A DNA stretch of 64,000 bases from an uncultured Gammaproteobacteria bacterium. GTDB lineage: Bacteria > Patescibacteriota > Patescibacteriia > Patescibacteriales > UBA12465. Numbering within the stretch: the first letter of the stretch is position 1; each line of letters starts with the position of its first letter. The notes under the pieces were generated by a model, which did not search any database, was not told the origin of the DNA, and saw only the letters and a program-made list of their open reading frames with translations. The translations under genes were made by a program, and so were the position numbers. Below, one piece after another: positions 37,966 to 48,303 of this stretch. The stretch is taken from the NCBI GenBank assembly GCA_964608425.1, contig CAZSNN010000001.1, positions 1,073 to 65,072 of the forward strand. The letters run 5' to 3'.

Positions 37966-37978
37966 AAAGGTCTTTTTT
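37953..37978. terminator. Bidirectional intrinsic terminator
   Basis: AAAAAAGACCT-aaaa-AGGTCTTTTTT between convergent genes. Confidence 0.85.
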
Positions 37979-37998
37979 TATAGATATTTAAATTTATA

Positions 37999-39282
37999 TT
38001 ATTTCAACTTAAAGACTTCTTCTGCCCCAGTCTTCATATTTTTTATTTTATACTCCCCTTTTTTAAATTCATCTTCTCCTAAAATAATAACGTAACCAAT
38101 TTTATTTTTATCGGCATATTCAAAGGATTTAGAAATTTTTATAGTATTAAAACTAATTTCAACACGCTTCCCCTCTTTTCTTAGTTTATCAGACAAAGAC
38201 AAAACCGGCTCATCTAATGTCTCGGATAAAATCGGAAAATAATATATCTCATTTTTAACACCAATTTCCGGCAAAATATTCCAAGATTCTAAAAATAATT
38301 TAAAAGTTTCATCACCAGGAGCAAAACCAATAGCCGAAAAACTCTCTCCTCCAAAAATATTAGCCAAACCATTATAACGCCCTCCACCAAACATAGCGCG
38401 ATTATTATCTTCATGATTATCAAATAACTCAAAAACTAAACCGTCATAATAATCGAAACCCCTAATAACCTCGGGACTAAATTTAACATACTCTTCATAA
38501 CCCAATTTTTTTAATTTTTGGATAATCTCTGACAATAAAATGAAGGCTGGAGTTTCTTCCATGTCAGGATTATTATTTATTAATTCCTCCAAACTATCAA
38601 CGGTAATAAACTTTAAAACTTTATCAATTTGTTCATTATTCAAACCCAAACCTTCCATTTTACTAATAAGCTCATCACCAGTCATCTTATTATACTTATC
38701 CATCAAGCGCATTACTAAAATCTTTTGACTATCTTCTAGTTTTATTGAATCAAATAAATGATTAATTAAACCTCGATGATTTATCTTTAGAGTAAAAGAT
38801 CCCTTAGGCGGATTAAAAGCTAAAACCAAATCTAAGCTCATTTGTAAAACCTCCAAATCTGATAAACGATTATCATCTCCAAAGATGTCACAATTTAATT
38901 GCCAAAATTCCCTATTACGACCTCTTTGTGGTTTTTCATTTCTAACAAAATTGGCAATAGAAAATAATTTCAAGGGTTTGGGCGAAGTATTATATATTTT
39001 AGAAACCATTCTAACAACACTAGGGGTCATTTCAGGACGAATAGCTAATTCTCGACCACCCTGATCAACAAAAACCATTAATTCTTTACCTCCAATATCT
39101 TCACCTGATTTAGCCCGATAAACTTCAGCGTTTTCTAAAATAGGAGTTAAATACTCTACAAAGCCATAAGACAAGCAAACTTGACGCCATTTATCAAAAA
39201 TATATTTTCTAATATTCATCTCCTCTGGCAACCAGTCTTTAGTTCCTTTCACCTCCTGATTAGAAATAATTTTGTCTTTCAT
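37999..39282 (-). CDS. hisS: Histidine--tRNA ligase
   Basis: KGTKDWLP, IRPEMTPSVVR, RNEKPQRGRNREFWQ, RGFDYYDG, GGGRYNGL. Confidence 0.97.
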   Translation of the reverse strand: MKDKIISNQEVKGTKDWLPEEMNIRKYIFDKWRQVCLSYGFVEYLTPILENAEVYRAKSGEDIGGKELMVFVDQGGRELAIRPEMTPSVVRMVSKIYNTSPKPLKLFSIANFVRNEKPQRGRNREFWQLNCDIFGDDNRLSDLEVLQMSLDLVLAFNPPKGSFTLKINHRGLINHLFDSIKLEDSQKILVMRLMDKYNKMTGDELISKMEGLGLNNEQIDKVLKFITVDSLEELINNNPDMEETPAFILLSEIIQKLKKLGYEEYVKFSPEVIRGFDYYDGLVFELFDNHEDNNRAMFGGGRYNGLANIFGGESFSAIGFAPGDETFKLFLESWNILPEIGVKNEIYYFPILSETLDEPVLSLSDKLRKEGKRVEISFNTIKISKSFEYADKNKIGYVIILGEDEFKKGEYKIKNMKTGAEEVFKLK

Positions 39283-39285
39283 AAT

Positions 39286-40011
39286 TTAAATAATTAATTT
39301 ATCTTGTAACTTTTCTTTAGCTAAAATCTGAGCCTCTAATAAACTATCGAAAGTTCCAGCATCAATCCAAGCACCACTAACCATAGCAACATCCAACTCC
39401 CCTTTTTCCAAATACACCTTATTAACATCGGTTATTTCTAACTCTCCTCGAGATGATGGTTTTAAGTTTTGAGCTATATCCACCACCCTATTATCATAAA
39501 CATACAAACCAGTAACACAATAATTTGATTTTGGTTGAGTTGGTTTTTCTTCAATCGAAATAGCCCTATTATTTTCGTCGAACTCTACCACACCAAATCT
39601 TTCAGGATCAGGAACATGCTTAGCAAAAACCTTGGCCCCACCAGAAAAATTTTTAATATCTTCAGAAAAATCATCTTCAAAAATATTATCACCTAAGATC
39701 ATACAAACACTATCTTCATCAATAAAATTTTTTCCAATAATAAAAGACTGAGCTAATCCTTCTGGTTTATCTTGAATTTCGTACGTAAACTTTACACCGA
39801 ACTCTCTACCGCTACCTAATAAGTTTAAATAATGACCAGCCTGCTCCGGAGAGACAATAATTAAAATATCTTTAATGCCAGCCTTTATTAAAGTATTAAG
39901 CGGATAATAAATCATTGGCCGGTTATAAACTGGCAATAATTGTTTAGATGTAACCTTGGTACAAGGACGAAGACGAGTAGCGCTTCCTCCTGATAATACA
40001 ATTCCCTTCAT
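39286..40011 (-). CDS. rmlA: Glucose-1-phosphate thymidylyltransferase (short form)
   Basis: [44 protein letters not shown]. Confidence 0.93.
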   Translation of the reverse strand: MKGIVLSGGSATRLRPCTKVTSKQLLPVYNRPMIYYPLNTLIKAGIKDILIIVSPEQAGHYLNLLGSGREFGVKFTYEIQDKPEGLAQSFIIGKNFIDEDSVCMILGDNIFEDDFSEDIKNFSGGAKVFAKHVPDPERFGVVEFDENNRAISIEEKPTQPKSNYCVTGLYVYDNRVVDIAQNLKPSSRGELEITDVNKVYLEKGELDVAMVSGAWIDAGTFDSLLEAQILAKEKLQDKLII

Positions 40012-40029
40012 ATTCTTTATAATTAAATT

Positions 40030-40950
40030 TTATTTATAATTTTTAACATATTCCCTCAAAGCCTCTTGCCAACTTCTTAAGCTTGATAATTTAGTATTAG
40101 CTAAAACCGAATATTTTGGCCGCTTAGCAGGACGAGGAAACTTATCAGATGAAACTGGTTTAATATTCACCTTAATATTTTTTAATTTAAATAATTCTCT
40201 AGCAGCATCATACCAAATAGCTGGCTCACTATTTCTAATATGATAAATACCAAAATCATTTTTATTATTTAATAGCTCAATTGTCTGCCTAGCTAAATCA
40301 GGAGTATAAGTAAAACAACTTAATTCCTCGTTAACAACCTGAATTTCTGAACGATCTTGAGAAATTTTTAACATTATATCAAAAAAGTTTTCTTTAGAAT
40401 CCAAGGATTTTCCCTTAGGCCCAAATAATTTTGAAGTTCTAATAATATAATATTTCAATTTTTTATTAGCCAATCTTTGTAATTCTATTTCGCCGGACAT
40501 TTTAGTTAGACCATACTTATTGATTGGACATTGAACACTATCTTCAGTAAAACCACCTTTTTCTTTAAATTTCAAAAAACACTCAGCCTCACATCCCTCA
40601 TCCTTACAAATATCGCCACCAAAAACATAATCCGTTGAATAATGAACTAAGACAGAATTATTAGAAATAGCAGCCTTGCCCAAGTATCTTAAAGCTTCGC
40701 CATTTATTTTTTGAGCTAATTTAAACTCATCTTCAAACTCTTCACACTTATCAACGGCATTATAAGCCGAAGTGTTTATAATAATATCTGGTTTAACCTT
40801 GGAAATCTTTGGATTTATTAAATCATATTCCAATAGGTCTAAATCAGAACGATTAAAACCGAAAATCTTATAATCAGGAAAATCAGAAAATTCTTTTACC
40901 AATTGACTGCCCAAATTCCCATCAGAACCCAAAATTAATACTTTTTTCAT
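40030..40950 (-). CDS. rmlD: dTDP-4-dehydrorhamnose reductase
   Basis: GSDGNLG, AYNAVDKCE, STDYVF, YGLTK, AKRPKYS. Confidence 0.93.
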   Translation of the reverse strand: MKKVLILGSDGNLGSQLVKEFSDFPDYKIFGFNRSDLDLLEYDLINPKISKVKPDIIINTSAYNAVDKCEEFEDEFKLAQKINGEALRYLGKAAISNNSVLVHYSTDYVFGGDICKDEGCEAECFLKFKEKGGFTEDSVQCPINKYGLTKMSGEIELQRLANKKLKYYIIRTSKLFGPKGKSLDSKENFFDIMLKISQDRSEIQVVNEELSCFTYTPDLARQTIELLNNKNDFGIYHIRNSEPAIWYDAARELFKLKNIKVNIKPVSSDKFPRPAKRPKYSVLANTKLSSLRSWQEALREYVKNYK

Positions 40951-40956
40951 TTTTAA

Positions 40957-41928
40957 TTATTTATTTTTTAGTTTTTGCCACCAAACAATATTATCTTTAT
41001 ACCAATCAATCGTAGTTTTTAAACCATCAAGAAAATTGATTTGTGGGACCCAGCCCAAGTTTTTTTCGGCCTTAGAGAAATCTATAGCATAACGTAAATC
41101 ATGTCCCAATCTATCGGCTACATATTCAATTTTTTCCTCTCCCTGCTCCATTAATTCTAAAATATTCTTAGTAATATCAATATTCTTTATTTCGTTATCA
41201 CCGCCCAAACAATAGGTTTCTCCAATTACCCCTTTTTTAATAATCATCTCAACTCCACGATTATGATCATCAACATGAATCCAGTCTCTAATATTTTGGC
41301 CGCTTCCATAAACTGGAACCTTTTTCCCTTCTATTAAATTAGTAATGAATAAAGGAATAAGTTTTTCCGGAAATTGATAAGGACCATAATTATTAGAACA
41401 ATTTGAAATTGTAATTGGCAACCCGTGAGTATGGAAATAAGCTCTTACCAAATGATCGGACGCTGCCTTAGAAGCACTATAAGGAGAACGAGGATCATAA
41501 GGCGTTTTCTCATTAAATCTAGGGCTATCAGTTTCTAAAGAACCAAAAACTTCATCTGTAGAAATATGATGAAATCTAATATTTCCATTATTTTTAGCAG
41601 CTTCTAATAATATTCTAGTCCCCTCTATATTTGTTTTAATAAAATCAGCACTATTTTTTATAGATCTATCAACATGACTTTCAGCTGCAAAATGCACAAT
41701 TAAATCGACTCCGGCGATAATTTCATTAACCAAATCAAAATCACAAATATCACCCTGAATAAACTTATACTTATTATTTTCAGAAATATCTATTAAATTA
41801 TCTAAATTACCAGCATAAGTTAATTTATCTAGATTGACTATATAATCATCAGAATTATTTTTGAGCCAGTATCTAATAAAATTAGATCCTATAAAACCAG
41901 CCCCGCCAGTTACAAGAATTTTTGACAT
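40957..41928 (-). CDS. rmlB: dTDP-glucose 4,6-dehydratase
   Basis: VTGGAGFIGSN, DKLTYAGN, AAESHVDRSI, STDEV, YSASK; start MSKIL. Confidence 0.97.
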   Translation of the reverse strand: MSKILVTGGAGFIGSNFIRYWLKNNSDDYIVNLDKLTYAGNLDNLIDISENNKYKFIQGDICDFDLVNEIIAGVDLIVHFAAESHVDRSIKNSADFIKTNIEGTRILLEAAKNNGNIRFHHISTDEVFGSLETDSPRFNEKTPYDPRSPYSASKAASDHLVRAYFHTHGLPITISNCSNNYGPYQFPEKLIPLFITNLIEGKKVPVYGSGQNIRDWIHVDDHNRGVEMIIKKGVIGETYCLGGDNEIKNIDITKNILELMEQGEEKIEYVADRLGHDLRYAIDFSKAEKNLGWVPQINFLDGLKTTIDWYKDNIVWWQKLKNK

Positions 41929-42003
41929 AATAAATTTATTATTTATATTACAAAGCAATTATACTATAATAAAAGAGCTTCGTAAAGATAAATATTTTAC
42001 ATT

Positions 42004-42456
42004 TTAATCTATTTTATAAGGAGAATTAGGGTCTTGTTCCCAACGAATTTCATCTATTTCTTCCTTTTTACCCTCACCCTTATATAGTTTATCAGGAAAA
42101 TTTAGACAATAAGAATCTTTATCTCCAATGGCCTTATAGCCATGGACTACTCCCGGTGGAACAATTACCATAGTTGGAACACCCTCTCCCATCTCAGCTG
42201 TAAAATGTTGCCCCTCAGTTTCACTTCCCTGTCTCCTATCCCAAAGATGAAGCTCAAAAGAACCTGGCCCCACAAAGACAAAACAATCGCTTTGAAATTT
42301 ATGCTCATGAGGACCGCGAATCACACCTGGCTTAGTAACACTAATATAAGCCATAGCTGGATGATAATTAACCTCATCCTGACGATATACCTCACTCAAC
42401 CAACCACGATCATCGTGATATTGATTTAAATTCTTAATAATGACATCCTTAATCAT
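42004..42456 (-). CDS. rmlC: dTDP-4-dehydrorhamnose 3,5-epimerase family protein
   Basis: DDRGWLSE, GVIRGPHEH, VPPGVVHGY; heads the rml cluster. Confidence 0.88.
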   Translation of the reverse strand: MIKDVIIKNLNQYHDDRGWLSEVYRQDEVNYHPAMAYISVTKPGVIRGPHEHKFQSDCFVFVGPGSFELHLWDRRQGSETEGQHFTAEMGEGVPTMVIVPPGVVHGYKAIGDKDSYCLNFPDKLYKGEGKKEEIDEIRWEQDPNSPYKID

Positions 42457-42485
42457 ATTAATATAGATAAATTATAAGTATTAAA

Positions 42486-42561
42486 ATATTAACACCTTAA
42501 AACCCATAAATCAAGCCAACGCTCCAAAGCTCTTGATTTATTTTTATTGTTGTGATATTAT
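42486..42561. promoter_or_regulatory. Back-to-back promoters for rmlC (minus) and rpmE (plus)
   Basis: Minus TTGATT (42514-42509)-17-TAATAT; plus TTGATT (42533-42538)-17-TATTAT; both with TGn. Confidence 0.55.
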
Positions 42562-42620
42562 AAAAAATACCCATTAATTTGATGGTTTTTTATTGTTATT
42601 AACTATTTAAATAAACAAAT

Positions 42621-42893
42621 ATGAAAAAAGATATTCACCCAAAATACAACGATAAAATCAAGGCTACTTGCGCTTGTGGTTTTGTTATGGAGACTGGCTC
42701 AATTGAATCAGAAATAAAAACTGAGCTTTGTTCAAATTGCCACCCTTTTTATACTGGAAAACAAAAATTAGTAGATACTGCTAATCGCGTTGGCAAATTT
42801 AAAGCTAAATTAGAAAAAAAAGATGATAGTAAAAAAAGTAAAACTACTAAGAGAGCTGAAAAATCTCAAAAGAAAGCTGAAAAGAATCAATAA
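42621..42893 (+). CDS. rpmE: 50S ribosomal protein L31 (zinc-binding type)
   Basis: [26 protein letters not shown]. Confidence 0.97.
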   Translation: MKKDIHPKYNDKIKATCACGFVMETGSIESEIKTELCSNCHPFYTGKQKLVDTANRVGKFKAKLEKKDDSKKSKTTKRAEKSQKKAEKNQ

Positions 42894-42908
42894 CCACTTC
42901 AAATAAAA

Positions 42909-42942
42909 AAAATAAAAGCGCCAATTTTGGGGCTTTTATTTT
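42909..42942 (+). terminator. Intrinsic terminator after rpmE
   Basis: AAAATAAAAGCgCCAA-tt-TTGGgGCTTTTATTTT. Confidence 0.7.
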
Positions 42943-42971
42943 ATCTAAATAAAAAAATATTAATTAAAAAT

Positions 42972-44012
42972 ATGGAAAAATTTTTAGAAATTAAAAACAA
43001 ATTTCAAGAGTTAGAGAAAAAATTGTCTGACCCAAAAATCCTTTCCGATTCCAGCGAACTAACTAAAGTAGCCAAAGAACATTCCTTAATTAAGAAAACC
43101 TATAATCTGGTGATAGAAATTGAAAAATTAAATACCAATATCGAAGATAATCAAGAAATAATTAAAACCGAAGGATCTTTCGAGTTAGCTAAAATGGCTC
43201 AAGAGGAAATAATAGAAATGGAAAATAAAAAAGAAGAATTGGAAAAAATATTACACGAAGAATTGAACCCAGCTGACCCCAACGATAAAAAAGATGTTAT
43301 CGTCGAGATTAGGTCTGGCGCCGGAGGAGATGAAGGAGCCCTATTCACTGCCGAATTATTTAGAATGTATTTAAGGTTTTCTGAAAAAAAGGGCTGGAAA
43401 TCTGAAATATTAAGCTCTAGTTCTATTGGAATTGGTGGATATAAAGAAATAATTTTTTCAGTAACTGGAAATAATGTTTATGGACACTTAAAATATGAGG
43501 CTGGCACTCATCGAGTCCAAAGAGTTCCGGAAACAGAAAAACAAGGAAGAGTTCATACTTCCACCTCCACGGTTGTAGTTATGCCCGAAGCCGAGGAAGT
43601 TGATGTCAAAATTGAACCCAATGAATTACGAATTGATACTTTTTGCTCTTCTGGTCCAGGAGGTCAAAGCGTTAATACAACTTATTCGGCCATCCGTATT
43701 ACTCACATCCCAACTGGCCTGGTGGTTAGTTGTCAGGATCAAAAATCTCAACATCAAAACAAGGAAAAAGCCATGCAGATCTTGAGATCTAGACTTTTGG
43801 CAAAAATAGAAGATGAAAGAGCCGAAAAAGAAACCAAGGAAAGAAAAGAACAGGTCGGAAAAGGAGATCGGAGTGATAAAATAAGGACTTATAATTTCCC
43901 TCAAAGTCGGATAACCGATCATCGCATCAATAAATCTTGGCACAATATCAATGAAATAATGGAAGGAGATATAGAAGAGATTATTAATGACCTAAAAAAT
44001 CAAAAATCCTAA
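42972..44012 (+). CDS. prfA: Peptide chain release factor 1
   Basis: [10 protein letters not shown] (PxT), [15 protein letters not shown]; start MEKFL. Confidence 0.97.
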   Translation: MEKFLEIKNKFQELEKKLSDPKILSDSSELTKVAKEHSLIKKTYNLVIEIEKLNTNIEDNQEIIKTEGSFELAKMAQEEIIEMENKKEELEKILHEELNPADPNDKKDVIVEIRSGAGGDEGALFTAELFRMYLRFSEKKGWKSEILSSSSIGIGGYKEIIFSVTGNNVYGHLKYEAGTHRVQRVPETEKQGRVHTSTSTVVVMPEAEEVDVKIEPNELRIDTFCSSGPGGQSVNTTYSAIRITHIPTGLVVSCQDQKSQHQNKEKAMQILRSRLLAKIEDERAEKETKERKEQVGKGDRSDKIRTYNFPQSRITDHRINKSWHNINEIMEGDIEEIINDLKNQKS

Positions 44013-44030
44013 TTAACCTTAGGATTTTTG
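44001..44030 (+). terminator. Perfect 12-bp hairpin between prfA and prmC
   Basis: CAAAAATCCTAA-ttaacc-TTAGGATTTTTG, overlapping the prfA stop. Confidence 0.55.
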
Positions 44031-44041
44031 CTAATTAAAAG

Positions 44042-44923
44042 ATGACTATCAAAAATAAAATTATAGAAGCATCAAAAGACCTAAAAAAATCAAAAATTAA
44101 TTCCTATCAACTAGAAGCTGAATTAATAATTTCTTTTGTTTTAAAAATAAGCCGAGAACAATTATTTACCAACAATAACCAAGAAATTACCAAAAAACAA
44201 GATATTCAAATAAACAATTTAATAAAAGAAAGATTGACCGGAGAACCAATTGCTTATTTATTAAAAGAAAAAAACTTTTATAATTTAAGTTTTTTTGTAA
44301 ATAAAGACACCTTAATCCCCCGTCCAGAAAGTGAATTAATAATTGAACAAGTTCTTCAAGAAATTAAGAATAAAAATCAAGATAAGAAAATAATTATCGA
44401 TATTGGAACTGGTTCTGGTTGTCTAATCATAAGCTTGGCTCATAATTTAAAAAGACAAGACAATATAAAGTATCTAGGGATTGATATTAGCCCCCTAGCT
44501 ATTAAAGTGGCTCAAAAAAACTCTAGGAAGCATCAATTAAATAAAAAAATAAAATTTATTTCTGGTAATCTACTGGAACCAATTATTAAAAATCTTAATG
44601 AAGAAAAAAATATAGATATAATAATCTTAGCTAATTTACCATATTTAACAAAAAAAGAAATTAAAGAATCCCCTAGCATCAAACATGAACCCTATACGGC
44701 ATTATATGGTGGAATAGACGGTCTACAATATTATCGCAAATTACTAGCTCAAATAAAAAAAATAAAAGCTAATAATAATATTTCTATTTATCAAGAAATA
44801 AGCCCTTGGCAAAAAAATCCATTAAGAGACTTAACCAAAAAAAAATTAGGATTATATAATCCTAAGATAAAAGTAATCAAAGATTTATCAAAAAAAGATC
44901 GACTAATAATAACCAAAATATAG
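44042..44923 (+). CDS. prmC: Release factor glutamine methyltransferase
   Basis: GEPIAY, LIPRPESE, DIGTGSG, NLPY; follows prfA. Confidence 0.94.
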   Translation: MTIKNKIIEASKDLKKSKINSYQLEAELIISFVLKISREQLFTNNNQEITKKQDIQINNLIKERLTGEPIAYLLKEKNFYNLSFFVNKDTLIPRPESELIIEQVLQEIKNKNQDKKIIIDIGTGSGCLIISLAHNLKRQDNIKYLGIDISPLAIKVAQKNSRKHQLNKKIKFISGNLLEPIIKNLNEEKNIDIIILANLPYLTKKEIKESPSIKHEPYTALYGGIDGLQYYRKLLAQIKKIKANNNISIYQEISPWQKNPLRDLTKKKLGLYNPKIKVIKDLSKKDRLIITKI

Positions 44924-44925
44924 TT

Positions 44926-45987
44926 TTAAAAATTTTCTATACTAATAGAGGTTCTTTCATCGATTAAATGAATCCAAGTTTTCCCTGAATTAAAAACAAC
45001 TTCATCGCCGCTCTCTAAATAATAACGAGTTCTATCTTCGTTATTATTTTTTTGCCAATAACTTTGGTGACAATATCCATCCAAGCAAACTACAGCCTTC
45101 CCCTGACCCAATAAATCAATCCTTAGTCTTAATTCGCTATCCAAAATCTCCGTCTCCACAAATTGCAAAATAATATTATCAACTTTTATATTTTCTCCGG
45201 AATCATCTAATTGCTCTTCTCCGGCAATTTTTTTTATATAATTATTGTCATTTAAATTATAATCCCAACTGACATCATATTGACTTTGGCCATTTTTGAC
45301 CTGAATATTAAAATTAGCCAAAGATCTATCAATATTAGAAAAGATTTCCTTTTCTTTAAATCTCCAAGCAATAAACTTTGAATTATTTAAATTATTTTCT
45401 TTTAAATAATCTTTGATTAAAACATATTGGGCTAAAACATTATGAGGAGCTGTGTAGCCAGAATATCTTAAATAATATTGCCCATTATAAAATTCATTTA
45501 GCGTTAATAATTTTTCCTTTATGACCCTGGCCAAAGCCTCGGGACTACCTCCGCAATGCAGAAGCAGAGATTGGTATTCTTTAGCAATATCTAAAAAATA
45601 TGGACGAGCACTTCTAATCGGACCAATTTGAAAATCATCTTCCATATCAGATCTAAAGAAGGCTAAATAGCGATTAATACCACCTTCGGCTGGAATATCA
45701 TAAACAACTTCAGCTCGAGAAAGACCAAATTGAGGACGAGCCTCGCTATGATTATCAATTACAGCAGAAATGAGAAAAGGCTCTCCTTGGCCCAATTTAA
45801 CTTTCTGTCCATCAATTAAACGAACCTCACAATTATCCTGGCAATCGTCTAAGGGAGAGAGATTGTTTTCCAGATTAATATTATTATTTTCAGAGTTTTT
45901 TATTATCGAAAAGAAAAAGAAAAATAATAAAACCAACACTATAGCTAAAATATAAATTATTATTTTATTTTTTTTAATAAAGTCCAT
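44926..45987 (-). CDS. DUF3048-domain membrane-anchored protein
   Basis: IDNHSEARPQFGL, AEGGINR, GPIRSARPY, APHN. Confidence 0.88.
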   Translation of the reverse strand: MDFIKKNKIIIYILAIVLVLLFFFFFSIIKNSENNNINLENNLSPLDDCQDNCEVRLIDGQKVKLGQGEPFLISAVIDNHSEARPQFGLSRAEVVYDIPAEGGINRYLAFFRSDMEDDFQIGPIRSARPYFLDIAKEYQSLLLHCGGSPEALARVIKEKLLTLNEFYNGQYYLRYSGYTAPHNVLAQYVLIKDYLKENNLNNSKFIAWRFKEKEIFSNIDRSLANFNIQVKNGQSQYDVSWDYNLNDNNYIKKIAGEEQLDDSGENIKVDNIILQFVETEILDSELRLRIDLLGQGKAVVCLDGYCHQSYWQKNNNEDRTRYYLESGDEVVFNSGKTWIHLIDERTSISIENF

Positions 45988-45996
45988 ATTTCAAAA

Positions 45997-47211
45997 TTAT
46001 AAATTATTTATAATATCGAGAGTTTCTTGAGCGCATTTTTTCCAACTAAAATTTTGACAACGAAGCAATCCTTTTTCTACTAAATCTTTCTTTAAGTCTT
46101 TGTCTTTTTGGATCAACTCTATTTTTTGGGCTAAGTCAGCTGGGTTGTGGCAATCAAAAAATAGAGCCGCATCTTGAGCTACCTCCTGCAAAACATCAAT
46201 ATTAGATAATAAAACTGGAGCCCCACAAGCCATAGCCTGAATGACTGGAATACCAAAACCCTCATACAAAGATGGGAATATAAAAATCTCAGCCTTATTA
46301 AAAATGTAAGGCAAATCTTCCTCCTCTACCCAACCCAAAACAATAACTTCCTTTTCGATACCCAGCTCTTCAATCATATATTTCATCTCATCATAACCAT
46401 AACCAGCGCTACCAATTAAAACTAATTTTTCTGAACCATTATTATTTTCCTTATAAATACTAAAAGCCTCTATTAGATTATAAATGTTTTTCTTCCTTTC
46501 TAGACGACCAACATATAAAAAGAATTTATAATCAATTCCATATTTTTTAAAAACAAGCTCTGTAGATTCCTGATCATCAATAATTTTATATAAGCTATCA
46601 ATATAACCATTATGAACAACTGCAATCTTTTCCGAATCAATTTTTCTATAATTATCTAGAATTTCTTTTTTTGTAAAATTGGAAACAGCAATTATTTTTT
46701 TAGCTCTCTTAAGAGCAAATTTAGTTGACCAATTTAAATAATCAGTTGATTTGAATTGGTATTTACCAAAGGTAAAAAATTTTACTAAAAAATTTAACCA
46801 AAAATCAGAGTTTTTAGAGTTATCTACTGACATTTCTTGATTGTATAAACAATTATTCTTCACAAAAGCAATATCATGAATGGTATTAATAGTTTTTTTT
46901 GGGAAAAAAAATGGTAAAACATGAGCTGGGATAAATAAAACATCTGGTCGACTAAAAATCATTTCCAAGCTCATTCTTCCCAAGGTCCACAAATATTTAA
47001 AAGGCCAATTTAATACTTTAATTTTGACATGACTATTTTTTTCCAAATTTAAACTACTTAAAAAAGCCTCATTTAAAGGCTTATCAGAATATAGAATATA
47101 TTTATTTTGTCTATCTAATTCAATTAAATTAATAATCAAATAATATGAATACCATTCGGTTCCAGTTTTAAAATCCTTATTAGCACGTGAAGCGTCTATT
47201 CCAATAATCAT
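45997..47211 (-). CDS. Glycosyltransferase family 4
   Basis: [33 protein letters not shown]. Confidence 0.92.
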   Translation of the reverse strand: MIIGIDASRANKDFKTGTEWYSYYLIINLIELDRQNKYILYSDKPLNEAFLSSLNLEKNSHVKIKVLNWPFKYLWTLGRMSLEMIFSRPDVLFIPAHVLPFFFPKKTINTIHDIAFVKNNCLYNQEMSVDNSKNSDFWLNFLVKFFTFGKYQFKSTDYLNWSTKFALKRAKKIIAVSNFTKKEILDNYRKIDSEKIAVVHNGYIDSLYKIIDDQESTELVFKKYGIDYKFFLYVGRLERKKNIYNLIEAFSIYKENNNGSEKLVLIGSAGYGYDEMKYMIEELGIEKEVIVLGWVEEEDLPYIFNKAEIFIFPSLYEGFGIPVIQAMACGAPVLLSNIDVLQEVAQDAALFFDCHNPADLAQKIELIQKDKDLKKDLVEKGLLRCQNFSWKKCAQETLDIINNL

Positions 47212-47214
47212 AAA

Positions 47215-48228
47215 TTATTTGGTTGCTAAAATACTTCTCTTGTAAGAATCCAAATTATCCAAAGCTATTCCAGTTCCTTTAGCCACACACAACAAAGGAT
47301 CATCGGCTACATAGGCTGAAACTCCAATAGCTTGAGAAAATAATTGATCAATATTTCTAAGCAAAGCAGTCCCTCCAGTCAAAACAATTCCCTTATCAAT
47401 AATATCAGCTACTAACTCGGGAGGAGTTTGTTGAAGTATTTTTTTGGCAGTATTTAAAATAATTTCTAATTCGCTAGAGATAGCTGAAGTAACATCATTA
47501 CTATTTACCTCAATAGTTTTTGGTAGACCGGAAACAGCATCACGACCATTTATTTCCATGGTCAAAATATTGTCATCTTCTAAAAACATAGCTGAACCAA
47601 CTTTAATTTTCATCTCTTCAGCGGTTCGCTCTCCAATAACTAAACCATATTTTTTTCTAATATATTCTAAAATAGCTAAATCTAATTTATTTCCTCCTAC
47701 GCGAACAGAAGTAGAAGAAACCACTCCGCCCAATGATATAACAGCCATTTCCGAAGTTCCTCCACCAATATCAACCACCATATGTCCAGTGGCCGAACTA
47801 ATTGGAATATTAGCCCCAATAGCGGCTGCTACCGGCTCCTTAATAATATAAGCAGCTTTAGCTCCAGCAGCAATAGTGGCCTCAATAACAGCTCTTCTTT
47901 CAGTAGAAGATATTCCGGCTGGAACAGCTACCATAACCTCGGGTCTAAATATTCTAATTTTTCCTAAAGTTTTATTAATAAAATAACGAATCATCGCCTC
48001 AGTAGTGCGATAATCAGCAATAACCCCTTCCTTTAAGGGTTTTAAAGCGATAATGGTGTCAGGAGTTCTTCCCAACATATCTTTAGCCTCATTGCCAACC
48101 GCTAAAACTTTATTATCATCAATAGAAACAGCTACCACACTAGGCTCATTTATAACAACGCCTCTTTTTGGTAAATATACCAAAGTGTAGGTGGTCCCCA
48201 AATCAATTCCAATTCTTTTAACCATCAT
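47215..48228 (-). CDS. MreB/Mbl-family actin-like protein (second paralogue)
   Basis: GIDLGTT, NEPSVVA, DIGGGTSE, TPPELVADI. Confidence 0.93.
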   Translation of the reverse strand: MMVKRIGIDLGTTYTLVYLPKRGVVINEPSVVAVSIDDNKVLAVGNEAKDMLGRTPDTIIALKPLKEGVIADYRTTEAMIRYFINKTLGKIRIFRPEVMVAVPAGISSTERRAVIEATIAAGAKAAYIIKEPVAAAIGANIPISSATGHMVVDIGGGTSEMAVISLGGVVSSTSVRVGGNKLDLAILEYIRKKYGLVIGERTAEEMKIKVGSAMFLEDDNILTMEINGRDAVSGLPKTIEVNSNDVTSAISSELEIILNTAKKILQQTPPELVADIIDKGIVLTGGTALLRNIDQLFSQAIGVSAYVADDPLLCVAKGTGIALDNLDSYKRSILATK

Positions 48229-48258
48229 AGATTTAAAATTAGATTAAACAATATAAAT

Positions 48259-48287
48259 ATATTAGCCCTTTATTAGATTTTAGTCAA
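48259..48287 (-). promoter_or_regulatory. Promoter for the mreB paralogue
   Basis: TTGACT-17 nt-TAATAT, same boxes as the rpsB promoter. Confidence 0.55.
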
Positions 48288-48303
48288 TAAAAACAATAAA
48301 ATA

